NCBI GenBank assembly: GCA_044222185.1
Contig: JBGANV010000007.1
Location: 1 to 64,000, forward strand
Direction: 5' to 3'
DNA from: Planctomycetota bacterium
Lineage (GTDB): Bacteria; Planctomycetota; GCA-002687715; CAIWVZ01
DNA: 64,000 bases
Positions within the stretch are counted from its first letter, which is position 1. Each line of letters starts with the position of its first letter. Shown here one piece after another: positions 8,462 to 17,500 of the stretch. A model generated the notes under the pieces. It saw only the letters and a program-made list of their open reading frames with translations, searched no databases and was not told where the DNA came from. Position numbers and translations under genes: made by a program.

Positions 8462-9568
8462 ATGCGCTTCGTGAGTTTCATCCTGGCCCTCTCGTGCGTC
8501 GCCCTCACCTCGTCCGCCCAGATGAAGATCCCGGATGTCCGGGACAACCTCATCAACGACTTCGGCAATCTCATCCCCGACACGGCGGAGCGGGAGATCA
8601 AGCAGATCACCAGGCCGCTGTCGGATGCCAAGGTGTCGCCGATCGTGATCGTCACGGTGACGCGCCTTCGCGATTACCGGGTGCAGGCGGACCAGGTCCC
8701 GAAGTTCGCGCGGTTGATCTTCGACTCGTGGGGCGTGGGCAGCGCCGCCACGGGGAACAAGGGCATCCTGATGCTCATCGCGAAGGAGGATCGCAAGATC
8801 CACATCGAGCTGGGCAAGGGCTACGACACGTCGTTCCACGACGTGGCGACGCGCATCTGCCAGAACGTGATCGCGCCCGAGTTCCGTCGCAACGACTACG
8901 GCAAGGGCGTGCTCGACGGCGTGAACGCCGTCCGCGAGCGCATCATCAACGGGGGCGAGATCGCGGATCCGAGCCTTCCGGTGGAAGCACCGGGCAAGAC
9001 GGGGACCGACGATCTCGGGCCGGAAGGGACACCATCCACGGGCGACGCGCCGTCGGAATCGTCATCGACACCAGCCGTGCGCACGCCGCCTTCCGAGTCC
9101 TACACCCTCGGATTCCCCAGGCCGGACCTGGTGCCGCAGGTGCCTTTCACACGCACCGGGCCGGCGCACTCGTTCGATTGTGGAAGCTGGCTCTGCTTCG
9201 GGTTTGGTGTGCTGTTCGTCCTGAGCCTGCTCGGGAAGATCTTCCGGCGGCGGCCCAGCTACACCTACGGGTATCCCCCGTACGGCGGTGGCGGCATGCC
9301 TCCGGGAATGCCCATGCCGCCCATGGGTCGCGGAGGTCCGGGTTGGGGAGGCGTTCTCGGCGGCCTGCTCGGTGGACTCCTCCTCGGGCGCAGCCTGAAT
9401 CGAGGGCGCGATTCCGGAGGAATGTTCTCGAGCATGGGCTCGAGCGGGGGTTTCCTTGGGTCGAGCAGCAGCAGCGATTGGGGTTCCGGTGGCGGCTTCG
9501 GAAGCGATTCAGGCGGTTCGTCGTTCGGCGGTGGCGAATCCGGTGGCGGCGGCGGCTCGAGCTGGTGA
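8462..9568 (+). CDS. TPM-domain (YgcG-like) membrane protein with Gly/Ser-rich tail
   Basis: INDFGNLI..., FDSWGVG..NKGILMLIAKEDRKIHIELGKG, P.FR..DY.KG. One TM segment, then tail FGGGESGGGGGSSW. Confidence 0.9.
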   Translation: MRFVSFILALSCVALTSSAQMKIPDVRDNLINDFGNLIPDTAEREIKQITRPLSDAKVSPIVIVTVTRLRDYRVQADQVPKFARLIFDSWGVGSAATGNKGILMLIAKEDRKIHIELGKGYDTSFHDVATRICQNVIAPEFRRNDYGKGVLDGVNAVRERIINGGEIADPSLPVEAPGKTGTDDLGPEGTPSTGDAPSESSSTPAVRTPPSESYTLGFPRPDLVPQVPFTRTGPAHSFDCGSWLCFGFGVLFVLSLLGKIFRRRPSYTYGYPPYGGGGMPPGMPMPPMGRGGPGWGGVLGGLLGGLLLGRSLNRGRDSGGMFSSMGSSGGFLGSSSSSDWGSGGGFGSDSGGSSFGGGESGGGGGSSW

Positions 9569-9571
9569 ACC

Positions 9572-10231
9572 ATGACGAAAGCCTCCAGACCCTCGGTCCT
9601 GCGCCCACCGCAGATTGCGCGAATCGACTCGGCGATCGCCGACGCCGAATCGCAAACGTCCGCCGAACTCGTGCCCGTCATCGCATTGCGCAGTGGTGAA
9701 TACTGGCATGCTCCGTATCAATCCGGGTTGTGGGGGATGGGCGCGGCGCTGTTCCTGACGACCGTGGTGTCGATGGTGATCGACCACACGTGGCCCGTGC
9801 TGCATGTGGGGTGGTATCTGGCCATCAGCATCGTGGGTTTCCTCTCGGGCGCGCTGCTCGCGCGCATCGACGGAGTCGAGCGCGTGTTCGCCGGCGACGA
9901 CGTGATGGTCACGCAGTGCCAGGCTCGGGCGCGTCAGTTGTTCGCGGCCCAGGGCGTGTTCGGAACCAAGAACCGCACGGGAGTGCTCCTCTACATCTCG
10001 CTCTTCGAGCGCGTGGCCCTGGTGATCGGCGATTCGACCATCAGTCGGAAGCTCGACCCGAGCGCCTACGGGAGCGTGGTTGCTGCGGTCACGACGCGTA
10101 TGCACGAAGATCGGCTCGAGGACGCGGTCATCGACGGACTGAGCCACCTCGGTGCGCTTCTCGCCGAGCACTTCCCCAAGGCTGCGGACGACGAAAACGA
10201 GCTTCCGAACAAGCTCGTCCTCGTGACGTGA
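9572..10231 (+). CDS. TPM-domain membrane protein (partner of the YgcG-like gene)
   Basis: AIADAESQTSAEL, two TMs, T.NRTGVLLYISLFER...IGD, HFP..DD.NELPN. Confidence 0.88.
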   Translation: MTKASRPSVLRPPQIARIDSAIADAESQTSAELVPVIALRSGEYWHAPYQSGLWGMGAALFLTTVVSMVIDHTWPVLHVGWYLAISIVGFLSGALLARIDGVERVFAGDDVMVTQCQARARQLFAAQGVFGTKNRTGVLLYISLFERVALVIGDSTISRKLDPSAYGSVVAAVTTRMHEDRLEDAVIDGLSHLGALLAEHFPKAADDENELPNKLVLVT

Positions 10232-10266
10232 ACCTCACCGGCGTCCTGGCCGGCCCCGATCGCCGA

Positions 10267-11040
10267 TCAGGACCCGGACGGCGCCGGCTTCTTCGCGACC
10301 GTCTTGTCGAGGAACCCCTGGATCGCCCGGCTCGTGGCTGGCTCGCACCAGATCGACATCGCCGCGCCGTCGATCTCGCGGCGCCAGCGTTCATGGGCGT
10401 CGAGGATGGGTCCGTTCATCTGGCGCTTGGCGAGGGCGAACGTGTGCCTGGGGACCTCGCTCCAGGAGCGACAAACCTCGGCGGCGCGCTCGATCACCAT
10501 CTCCGGCGCCACCACCTCGTTCACGAGTCCGCGCATCCGCGCGTCTTCCACCGTGAAGTTGGCACCTGAATAGGCCACTTCGCGCAGAAACGAAACGGGG
10601 ACCATCGCGCGGAGGATCTCGATCACCAGCGCTGGGAACGTCACGCCGACGCGCAGCTCGGGTACGCCGACCCGACCCGTTCCTGCCGACATCACGCGGT
10701 GATCGCAGGCGAGCGCGAGGATGCAGCCTCCCGCGATCGCGTGTCCGTTGACGGCGGCCACGAGCGGCTTCTCGAAGGAGAGGACGCGGATGAACGCGCG
10801 CGTGAGAGCGGGAAGGAAATCGCGGACGTAGTCGGATCCGCTGTCGACGATCCGTTTCAGGTCGACGCCGGCGGAGAACGCGCCGCCCGTCCCGGTCAGG
10901 ACGACGCCGCGGGCCTCATCGCCGGCGGCGCATTCGAGCGCGGCCTCCAAGTCGCGCAGGAGCTCGAGGTCGAGCGCCTGCACCTTGCCGTGTTCCATGC
11001 GCAGGACGAGTACGGCGCCGCGCCGCTCCATGTGAATCAT
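10267..11040 (-). CDS. Enoyl-CoA hydratase/isomerase (crotonase family; probably isomerase-type)
   Basis: FSAGVDL, KPLVAAVNGHAIAGGCILALACDHR, GVPELRVG. The first catalytic Glu (GGGxE) is absent and the second (PE) is present. Confidence 0.9.
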   Translation of the reverse strand: MIHMERRGAVLVLRMEHGKVQALDLELLRDLEAALECAAGDEARGVVLTGTGGAFSAGVDLKRIVDSGSDYVRDFLPALTRAFIRVLSFEKPLVAAVNGHAIAGGCILALACDHRVMSAGTGRVGVPELRVGVTFPALVIEILRAMVPVSFLREVAYSGANFTVEDARMRGLVNEVVAPEMVIERAAEVCRSWSEVPRHTFALAKRQMNGPILDAHERWRREIDGAAMSIWCEPATSRAIQGFLDKTVAKKPAPSGS

Positions 11041-11105
11041 CACCCAGTCTCCATCGAGGAATCGGGCGTGATCCTACGAAACCCGGCCGGCCGCCGGGCT
11101 GACGC

Positions 11106-13616
11106 TCACCAGGCGCCGGTGAGGTCGGGGCGTTGCACGCCCGAGGCCAATTCGATGATGCCGATCAGTCCGTCCGTCTGGGATCGCGTGAACTCTTCTC
11201 GGATCCACTCGCTGTAGGTCGGCTGGGTCGGGTCGATCCCCTTCTTGCCCTCGACGATCTTGTCGAGCCGGATGATCTCCCAGCCGGCGTTCGTCCGGAT
11301 CGGGGCGGAGAAGTCTCCCGGCTTGGCCAGCTTCCACGCGGCATCTCGCAGGACGGGATCGCGGTTGCGGTCGAGCTGCTTGACGGGCTGCGCGAGCGCC
11401 CCACCGGTCGTCGCCGTGGCGGGGTCCTCGCTGTACGACTTTGCGAGCGTCGCGAAGTCGGCACCCTCCGACAGCCTGGTCCATGCCGTCTTGGCCAATG
11501 CCCCCTTCGCTTCCGCTCCGGGCAGCGTCGCGCCGGTCACCGCGTGATTGGTCCGGAAGAGGATGTGGCTCACGAAGCGGTGCTCCCCGTCGAAGTACGC
11601 GCGGTTCTCCTCGTAGAAGTCCTTCAGGTCCTTCGGTGTCGGGTCGAAGCCCGACAGTTTCGTCATGGCTCGCGCCTGGCGGAACCGCACGCACTCGGCT
11701 CCGATCGAGGTGCCCTTGAGCTGGCAGATCATGCGCCAATCGAACGGCGCCTTGTACTTCGCGTTCATCCCCGCGGCGTACTCGGAGACCTCGGCAGCGG
11801 TGACGGACTTCGAGCTTCCGCCCAGGGCATTCCCGAGGAGCACACAGCCGATGAGCATCTCCCGGGCCTCGTTGATCACGGGCGCCGTCGTGAGGGATTG
11901 AAGTGCGCGGACCACGTCGTCGGTCGTGACGTCGACGATGCCTTCGGCCTCGGTCCCGGTCCGGGCCCAGACGCCTTCGGGAAGGCTCACGGAACCATCC
12001 CCGCGCACGCGGACGTCGTATCGCGAGGTGACCTCGCGGATGTAGAGCTGCTTTCGGATCTGGTCCGGGTCGCCTCCGCGGCTCGTAGCCGGCGACGCGG
12101 CCCCGGTACCACCCTTCGGCTGGATTCCAGCGCGCGCGGCGAGTTTCGTCCAGAGGAGCATGGTCTCGGCCTGTGTCCGGACGCCGTCCGAGATCGGCTC
12201 CGCCGGGAGGTCGGCCCCGCGCAGGATCTCGCGCGCGGCCGCGTCGATCTCCGCATCGGTCACGACGACGTCCGCGTTCGCGGCCTCGGAACGGGCGACG
12301 CTCAGCATGGCGAGCTCGCGCGCGAGGATGGGGCCGTTCAGCTCGATCAGGACGCGCATCAGGTCAATGGACCTGGCCGCGACGCCGTCGATCACGGCCA
12401 CGGTCTTGTCGCTGGGAACGGCCGTCCGAGGCACCTTCGGCAGAGCCAACGCATCGAGCGCACGCTCGATCACCGCGGACTGGGCCGGTTTCTCCTGAGG
12501 CGCCTGCGGCTGAGCCGTCGACTGCCCCGGCGTCGGCGTGAACGCGAGGGCTGCGACGGCGAGTGCTCCCAGCATGGCACGCGCGGACCAGGGCAGTGAT
12601 CTGCCGGTTTCGACTTGCAAGATCATCGTCAATCTCCTTTTCAAAGCATGAAAGTGGCCGATGCCGCTCGCGGCAGCGGGTACGACCGCTGGACCGGCGG
12701 CAAGCCAGTCGAGAGTTTTGAGCAAGGCGTTGGCGCAGGGTTCGCCGTCGCCAGACAGGGCCCATTTCGCCCAGCTGTCACAGCATTCCTCTTCGGCGAG
12801 GCGGAGCTCGTGTCGCGCCCACCACGCGAGAGGGAACCACCACCAGAGCGTGACGACGCCGAGTTCGAACCAGCGAACCCAGTGATCACGGCGGCGGTAG
12901 TGCGCCAGCTCGTGAGCGAGGACGGCACGGAGTTCATCGGCGTCGAGAGTCCACTCGAACGACGCAGGGATGAGGACGCGTGCGCGCCCGAAGGCCCACA
13001 ACAGCGGCGGAACGCGGGCGGGGACGGCGAGTACTGCCGGGCGGACGCGCAGCCCCAGCCGCGCGGCGACCTCGTCGGCGACGGCCTGCACTCGCGTCGT
13101 CGCGGGACGTGCGATGCCGAGAGATCGCGAGAACGACCAGGAGCGCCGCAACGCGACGAGTGCCAGAACGGCGACTCCCGTGACCCAGACGGCGACGGCA
13201 GCGTCCCGCGGATCGATCCCAGGGAGCGATCCGGTGCGTACGGACGCCGGCGCCTCGGTGGCGATCACCGGCGGAGCCACGGATGCGGGCTCGACCGCCG
13301 CGGAGGCGCCCGACGAGCCGCCGTCCGCGAGGGTCGACCCCTGCGGGGTTGCGCCGGACGGAGGCGCGACGCCGAGAAGCCCTGCTCCCGACCCGCGGAT
13401 CGCGACGTGCGGGGTCGTCGTTCGCCGCGTCACGGAGAGCTGCTCCGGCAGGACCGGTGCATCCCAGATGGGCGGCGTCACGAGCTTGACCAGCACGAGC
13501 AACCACAGCAGGTGCGCGATGACGGGCTGCCGAGCGATGCGCGAGACCCCGATGGCGATCAGCGCCAGGAGGGCCGCGGTGGCGGCGTTGCCGAGCACGA
13601 ATTGCTCGAAGCTCAC
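11106..13616 (-). CDS. BlaR1/MecR1 (peptidase M56) sensor fused to SurA-like and parvulin PPIase domain
   Basis: LWLLVLVKL, VLAHELAHYRRRD (HExxH), WWFPLAWW, EECCD, LKRRL..I. C-terminal SHILF..GADFATLAKSYSED..TGG.L..GDFSAPIRT..GWEII. GTGA overlap with the BlaI stop codon. Confidence 0.85.
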   Translation of the reverse strand: MSFEQFVLGNAATAALLALIAIGVSRIARQPVIAHLLWLLVLVKLVTPPIWDAPVLPEQLSVTRRTTTPHVAIRGSGAGLLGVAPPSGATPQGSTLADGGSSGASAAVEPASVAPPVIATEAPASVRTGSLPGIDPRDAAVAVWVTGVAVLALVALRRSWSFSRSLGIARPATTRVQAVADEVAARLGLRVRPAVLAVPARVPPLLWAFGRARVLIPASFEWTLDADELRAVLAHELAHYRRRDHWVRWFELGVVTLWWWFPLAWWARHELRLAEEECCDSWAKWALSGDGEPCANALLKTLDWLAAGPAVVPAAASGIGHFHALKRRLTMILQVETGRSLPWSARAMLGALAVAALAFTPTPGQSTAQPQAPQEKPAQSAVIERALDALALPKVPRTAVPSDKTVAVIDGVAARSIDLMRVLIELNGPILARELAMLSVARSEAANADVVVTDAEIDAAAREILRGADLPAEPISDGVRTQAETMLLWTKLAARAGIQPKGGTGAASPATSRGGDPDQIRKQLYIREVTSRYDVRVRGDGSVSLPEGVWARTGTEAEGIVDVTTDDVVRALQSLTTAPVINEAREMLIGCVLLGNALGGSSKSVTAAEVSEYAAGMNAKYKAPFDWRMICQLKGTSIGAECVRFRQARAMTKLSGFDPTPKDLKDFYEENRAYFDGEHRFVSHILFRTNHAVTGATLPGAEAKGALAKTAWTRLSEGADFATLAKSYSEDPATATTGGALAQPVKQLDRNRDPVLRDAAWKLAKPGDFSAPIRTNAGWEIIRLDKIVEGKKGIDPTQPTYSEWIREEFTRSQTDGLIGIIELASGVQRPDLTGAW

Positions 13617-14035
13617 GACTGGGCGTCCTTCCGCGACTTGCGGGGTGCGCCCGTGCCGCTGAGTAGTTGTTCGGCCAGCTTCTTCAGCGCCGCTCGCTGG
13701 GCTGCATTCGTGCCATGCTTCTTCACGAGGTGCGTCAGCAGTGGCGTGAGCGAGCCGTCGCAGAGCTTGTCCGCGACGTCCGCGAGGCGGAGTCCGATGA
13801 GTTCCTCGCGATCGATGGCCGGCGTGAACACGTGGACGGACTCCGTCCGCCTCCGGTTCACGCACTCCTTGCCCTCCAGCCTCTCGAGCAGTTTCTGCAC
13901 CGTCGCATACTCGGAGGATCCGCCCTTCGGGTAGAGGACGTCCGTGATCTGGCGGATGGTTCGCTCGCCCTCGCTCCACAAGACTTGGAGCACAGCCAGT
14001 TCAGCGTCGGTCACGTCGCGCCCGCTCTTGCCCAT
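13613..14035 (-). CDS. BlaI/MecI/CopY family transcriptional repressor
   Basis: VTDAELAVLQVLW..G..TIRQI..LY....YATVQKLLERLE.K..V.R, DGSLTPLLTHL. Confidence 0.92.
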   Translation of the reverse strand: MGKSGRDVTDAELAVLQVLWSEGERTIRQITDVLYPKGGSSEYATVQKLLERLEGKECVNRRRTESVHVFTPAIDREELIGLRLADVADKLCDGSLTPLLTHLVKKHGTNAAQRAALKKLAEQLLSGTGAPRKSRKDAQS

Positions 14036-14052
14036 GATCGGTCTCCGAGTTG

Positions 14053-14105
14053 GATCAGACGATGTGTCTGATCGGCAGAATAAGACGTCGTGTCTTAGGG
14101 GTCAA
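14053..14105 (-). promoter_or_regulatory. Sigma70 promoter of the blaI-blaR operon with two palindromic operators
   Basis: Minus strand: -35 TTGACC (14105-14100), 17-nt spacer, -10 TATTCT (14082-14077). Operators GATCAGAC-gatgt-GTCTGATC (14053-14073) and TAAGAC-gtcgt-GTCTTA (14081-14097). Confidence 0.8.
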
Positions 14106-14507
14106 TGGGACTTTCCTGAGGAGATCCAGGCCGAGGTCGGTTTTCGACGGCCTCGGGCGGCGGATCCGGCCTGCGGGCGGAGGTGGCGGCGGAAACTCCG
14201 GAATGCCCGGGCTTTCCGGGGGCATCCGCCCGCGGCGCCGAGGCACCTGCCCGGGGCGAAGTGCGGCTTGCAGGTTTCGTTCGCCCCCGTCTATGATCGC
14301 CGCCCGCGGCGGAGCCACCCGCCGCATCTCCACACACCTGACCCGGAGTGACTCCGACGGCTGGCCCAGATGCACGCCGTGCGGTCGGTGTCAGCGAGGG
14401 CTCGTCGTGACCGTGACCCTTCTGGATCCAGTGCAGCGCACCGGATTTCGATCGTGTCGCAAGACTCGTGTGGAAGACGTTCGAGCTTTTTCAGGAGTTT
14501 CCAACAC

Positions 14508-17500
14508 ATGCCTTCCTCTGCAGATCGTCGAGTCCGGAACCCGCGCATTGCGGGCTTCATGATCCTCGTCGTCGCGCTCGCGGCCTCCTTCGCGCCGGCG
14601 CAATTGAAGATCAGTCAGTTCTCGGGAGCCGGAGCGAACGGCTCCGCGCAGTACCTCTCGGACTACATCGAGCTGTACAACCCGACGGCGGCGCCGGTCG
14701 TCATGACCAACTGGTCCATCCAGTACGCGGCGGCCACCGGTACGACCTGGTCGAAGGTCACGCTGAATGCGACGATCCAGCCGAACCGCTACTTCCTGAT
14801 CCAGCAGGCGAGCGGAACGACGGGTTCGGCGCCGGCGCTGCCGACGCCGGATGTGAGTTCGACGACGATCAACCTCTCGGTTCTCGGCGGGAAGATCGCG
14901 CTCTGCAACGACAACACGACGTTGACGGGCGGACAGCCGACGGCGGCGAGCATCGTCGACTTCGTCGGATACGGCCAGGGCACGACGTTGGCTGACTGGC
15001 GTGAGCCGTTCGTCGGCGGAACCACGGCCAACAACGCGCCCGGCGGAGGCAACGTGAATGCCACGTTCCGCCTCAACTGCGGCGCCCAGGACACGAACAA
15101 CAACGCCGCCGATTTCGCCGTCGGCTGGCCCAACCCGCGAAATAGCGCCACGCCGCCCGCCATCGGCATGATGGGCACGGCGACGGCGAGCCCGTTCTAC
15201 GCGATCGCCGGCACGCCCGTGGTCATCCGCTGCACCCCGCAGCTCTGCGGCGGCGGAACGAGCGCCACCACCGTGGCGTTCGTGGACCTCACGAACATCG
15301 GCGGCGCGGCTGGTACGCCGCTCGTCGATGACGGCACGGGTGCGGACGAGTACGCGTTGGACGGCATCTTCACGGCCGCCGCGACGGTCGGCGCCGTGGC
15401 TGCCGGCACGAAGTCGTTGCCGATCACGTTCAACGACGGCATCAACTCCGGCGGTTGTTACGCCGCGGTGCTCGTCAACGCGGCGACCGCGCCCGCCAAC
15501 GACGCGTGCACCGGCGCGACGGTGCTGTCGGGACCGTTCACCGGCCCCGGCGTCACGGTGTCGGGCACGTTCACGGGCGCGACGCCCGAGTGGAACGGGA
15601 TCGGCTCGATCACCAACCCTCCCGGCCCCAGCGCCGGAATGGCCAACAGCCCGGGCATCTGGTACTCGGTCAACGGAACGGGCACGACGCTCACGGCGTC
15701 CCTCTGCGCGACGACTCCGGCGATCGATACGCGCATGGTGATCATGTGCGGCCCGTGCGATGCCCCCGTGATCGTCGCCAGTGGCGACGACAACGGCCCG
15801 TCATGCACGGGAACGGCCGCGTCCGCGCGGTGGTGTGCGGCTGCCGGAACGACGTACCGGATCTTCATCTCGCCGTTCTCCACCACGTTCCCCTCGACCG
15901 CCGCGTACTCGCTGCTCGTGACGGACGATGGCGTCCCGTGCTCGACGGCGGCACCGTGCACCACGTGCACCTTCGTGCCGCCGGCAAGCTTCATCGCCGA
16001 GCAGGAGTCCGTCTTCGGTCCCGCGACGAACGACGGCGGCGACAGCCAGCCGCTCCTTCAGCAGACCATTCCGGGCGCGTTCCCCGTGACGATCGTCGGC
16101 ACGGCTCGTGGCTACGGCACCGCGCGTGACTCCGACTGGTACCGGTTCCAGGCGTCGGCGACGCAGACGTTCCAGGCCACGCTCTCGGCACCGTTCGCGG
16201 GGGTCGTGAGCGTCCATCCGCTCGACGCCCTCGGCAATCCGACGGCAACGAGCCTCGCGAGCGGCGTCTTCTCTCCGGTTTCCGGGCGCTGTGGCTCCAC
16301 CGTCGTGTCGACGGTCGTGAGCGCCGGCAGCTGGTACGCGATCCGCGTGCTGCACGCGCCGAACTTCCTGAGCGGAACGATCACGGCGAGCGTCTTCGGT
16401 GGACTGCCGCCGCATCCGTCTCAGTGTCGCTACCAGATCGACGTCGCCACCGGGCTTCCACCGACGAACGACGCCTGCGCGTCGGCAATCGCTCTCGCGA
16501 CCACCAACACCTACGTGACGGGGATCACGAGCGGGGCGACGCCCGACGGCACGTCCAGCTGTGACTCCGTCGGCAACGACGTGTGGTACTCGGTCGTCGT
16601 GCCTGCGCCGAACGTCGGACTCGCCATCGACACCTGTGGGTCGTCGATGGACACGGTCGTGTCGGTCTACTCCGGAACCTGCGGCGCGCTCGTTCCCGTG
16701 AACTGCAACGATGACTGCGGTGGCGCACCGTGCGCGGCCACGTCGTCCTGCCTCACGCTGACCGGGTTGGCTCCAGGCACCTACATCATCCGCGTCTCGG
16801 ACAAGGGGACGCCGGGCCTGTTCCAGATCCGCGCCTCGTTGACGATCCCGGTGAACGACGCGTGCTCGGGCGCGCTCCCGATGAATTGCGGCGACACGAT
16901 CGCCGGGACGACGATCGGTGCGACGACGGATACGCTGACGGCGTGCCCGGGACCGGGCTCGCCGACCGGCGTCACGATCGCCGCGACCGGCGGCGTGTGG
17001 TACACGATCACGCCCGCGACGAGCCAAACGCTGATCCTCAGCACCCTGGGCACGTCGTTCGACACCAAGATCCACGTCTACACCGGAAGTTGCGCCGCGC
17101 TGACGTGCGTCATGGCGAACGACGACGCGTTCCCATCGGGGCTTCAATCGCGCGTTGCGTTCCCGGCGATCGGCGGCACCCAGTACTTCGTGATGGTGCA
17201 ACCGTTCTCCGGAACCGGTGGCGTCTTCACGCTTGCTGCGTCCTGCCAGACGCCGCCGGTGAACGATGACTGTGCGGCTCCTTCGATCCTGGCACCGGTC
17301 ACGGGCGGGTCCGTCTCTGGCACGACGGTCGGATCGTCCGCAGCGAACGTCGCTGACCCGAGCTGTTCGGCGAAGGCGGACTCGGACGTGTGGTATTCGT
17401 ACACGGCGTGTGCGAACGGCACCGTCGTCTTCGACACCTGCGGCACCTACAACACGGTCGTTTCGATCCACACGGCTTGCCCGGGTGCGTCGAACAACCA

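Noticed and set aside
8462-10231. TPM gene pair without lemA
   Set aside because: This is a common arrangement, and lemA may be elsewhere in the genome.
11106-14035. blaI/blaR1 as a beta-lactam resistance locus
   Set aside because: There is no penicillin-binding sensor domain and no adjacent beta-lactamase.
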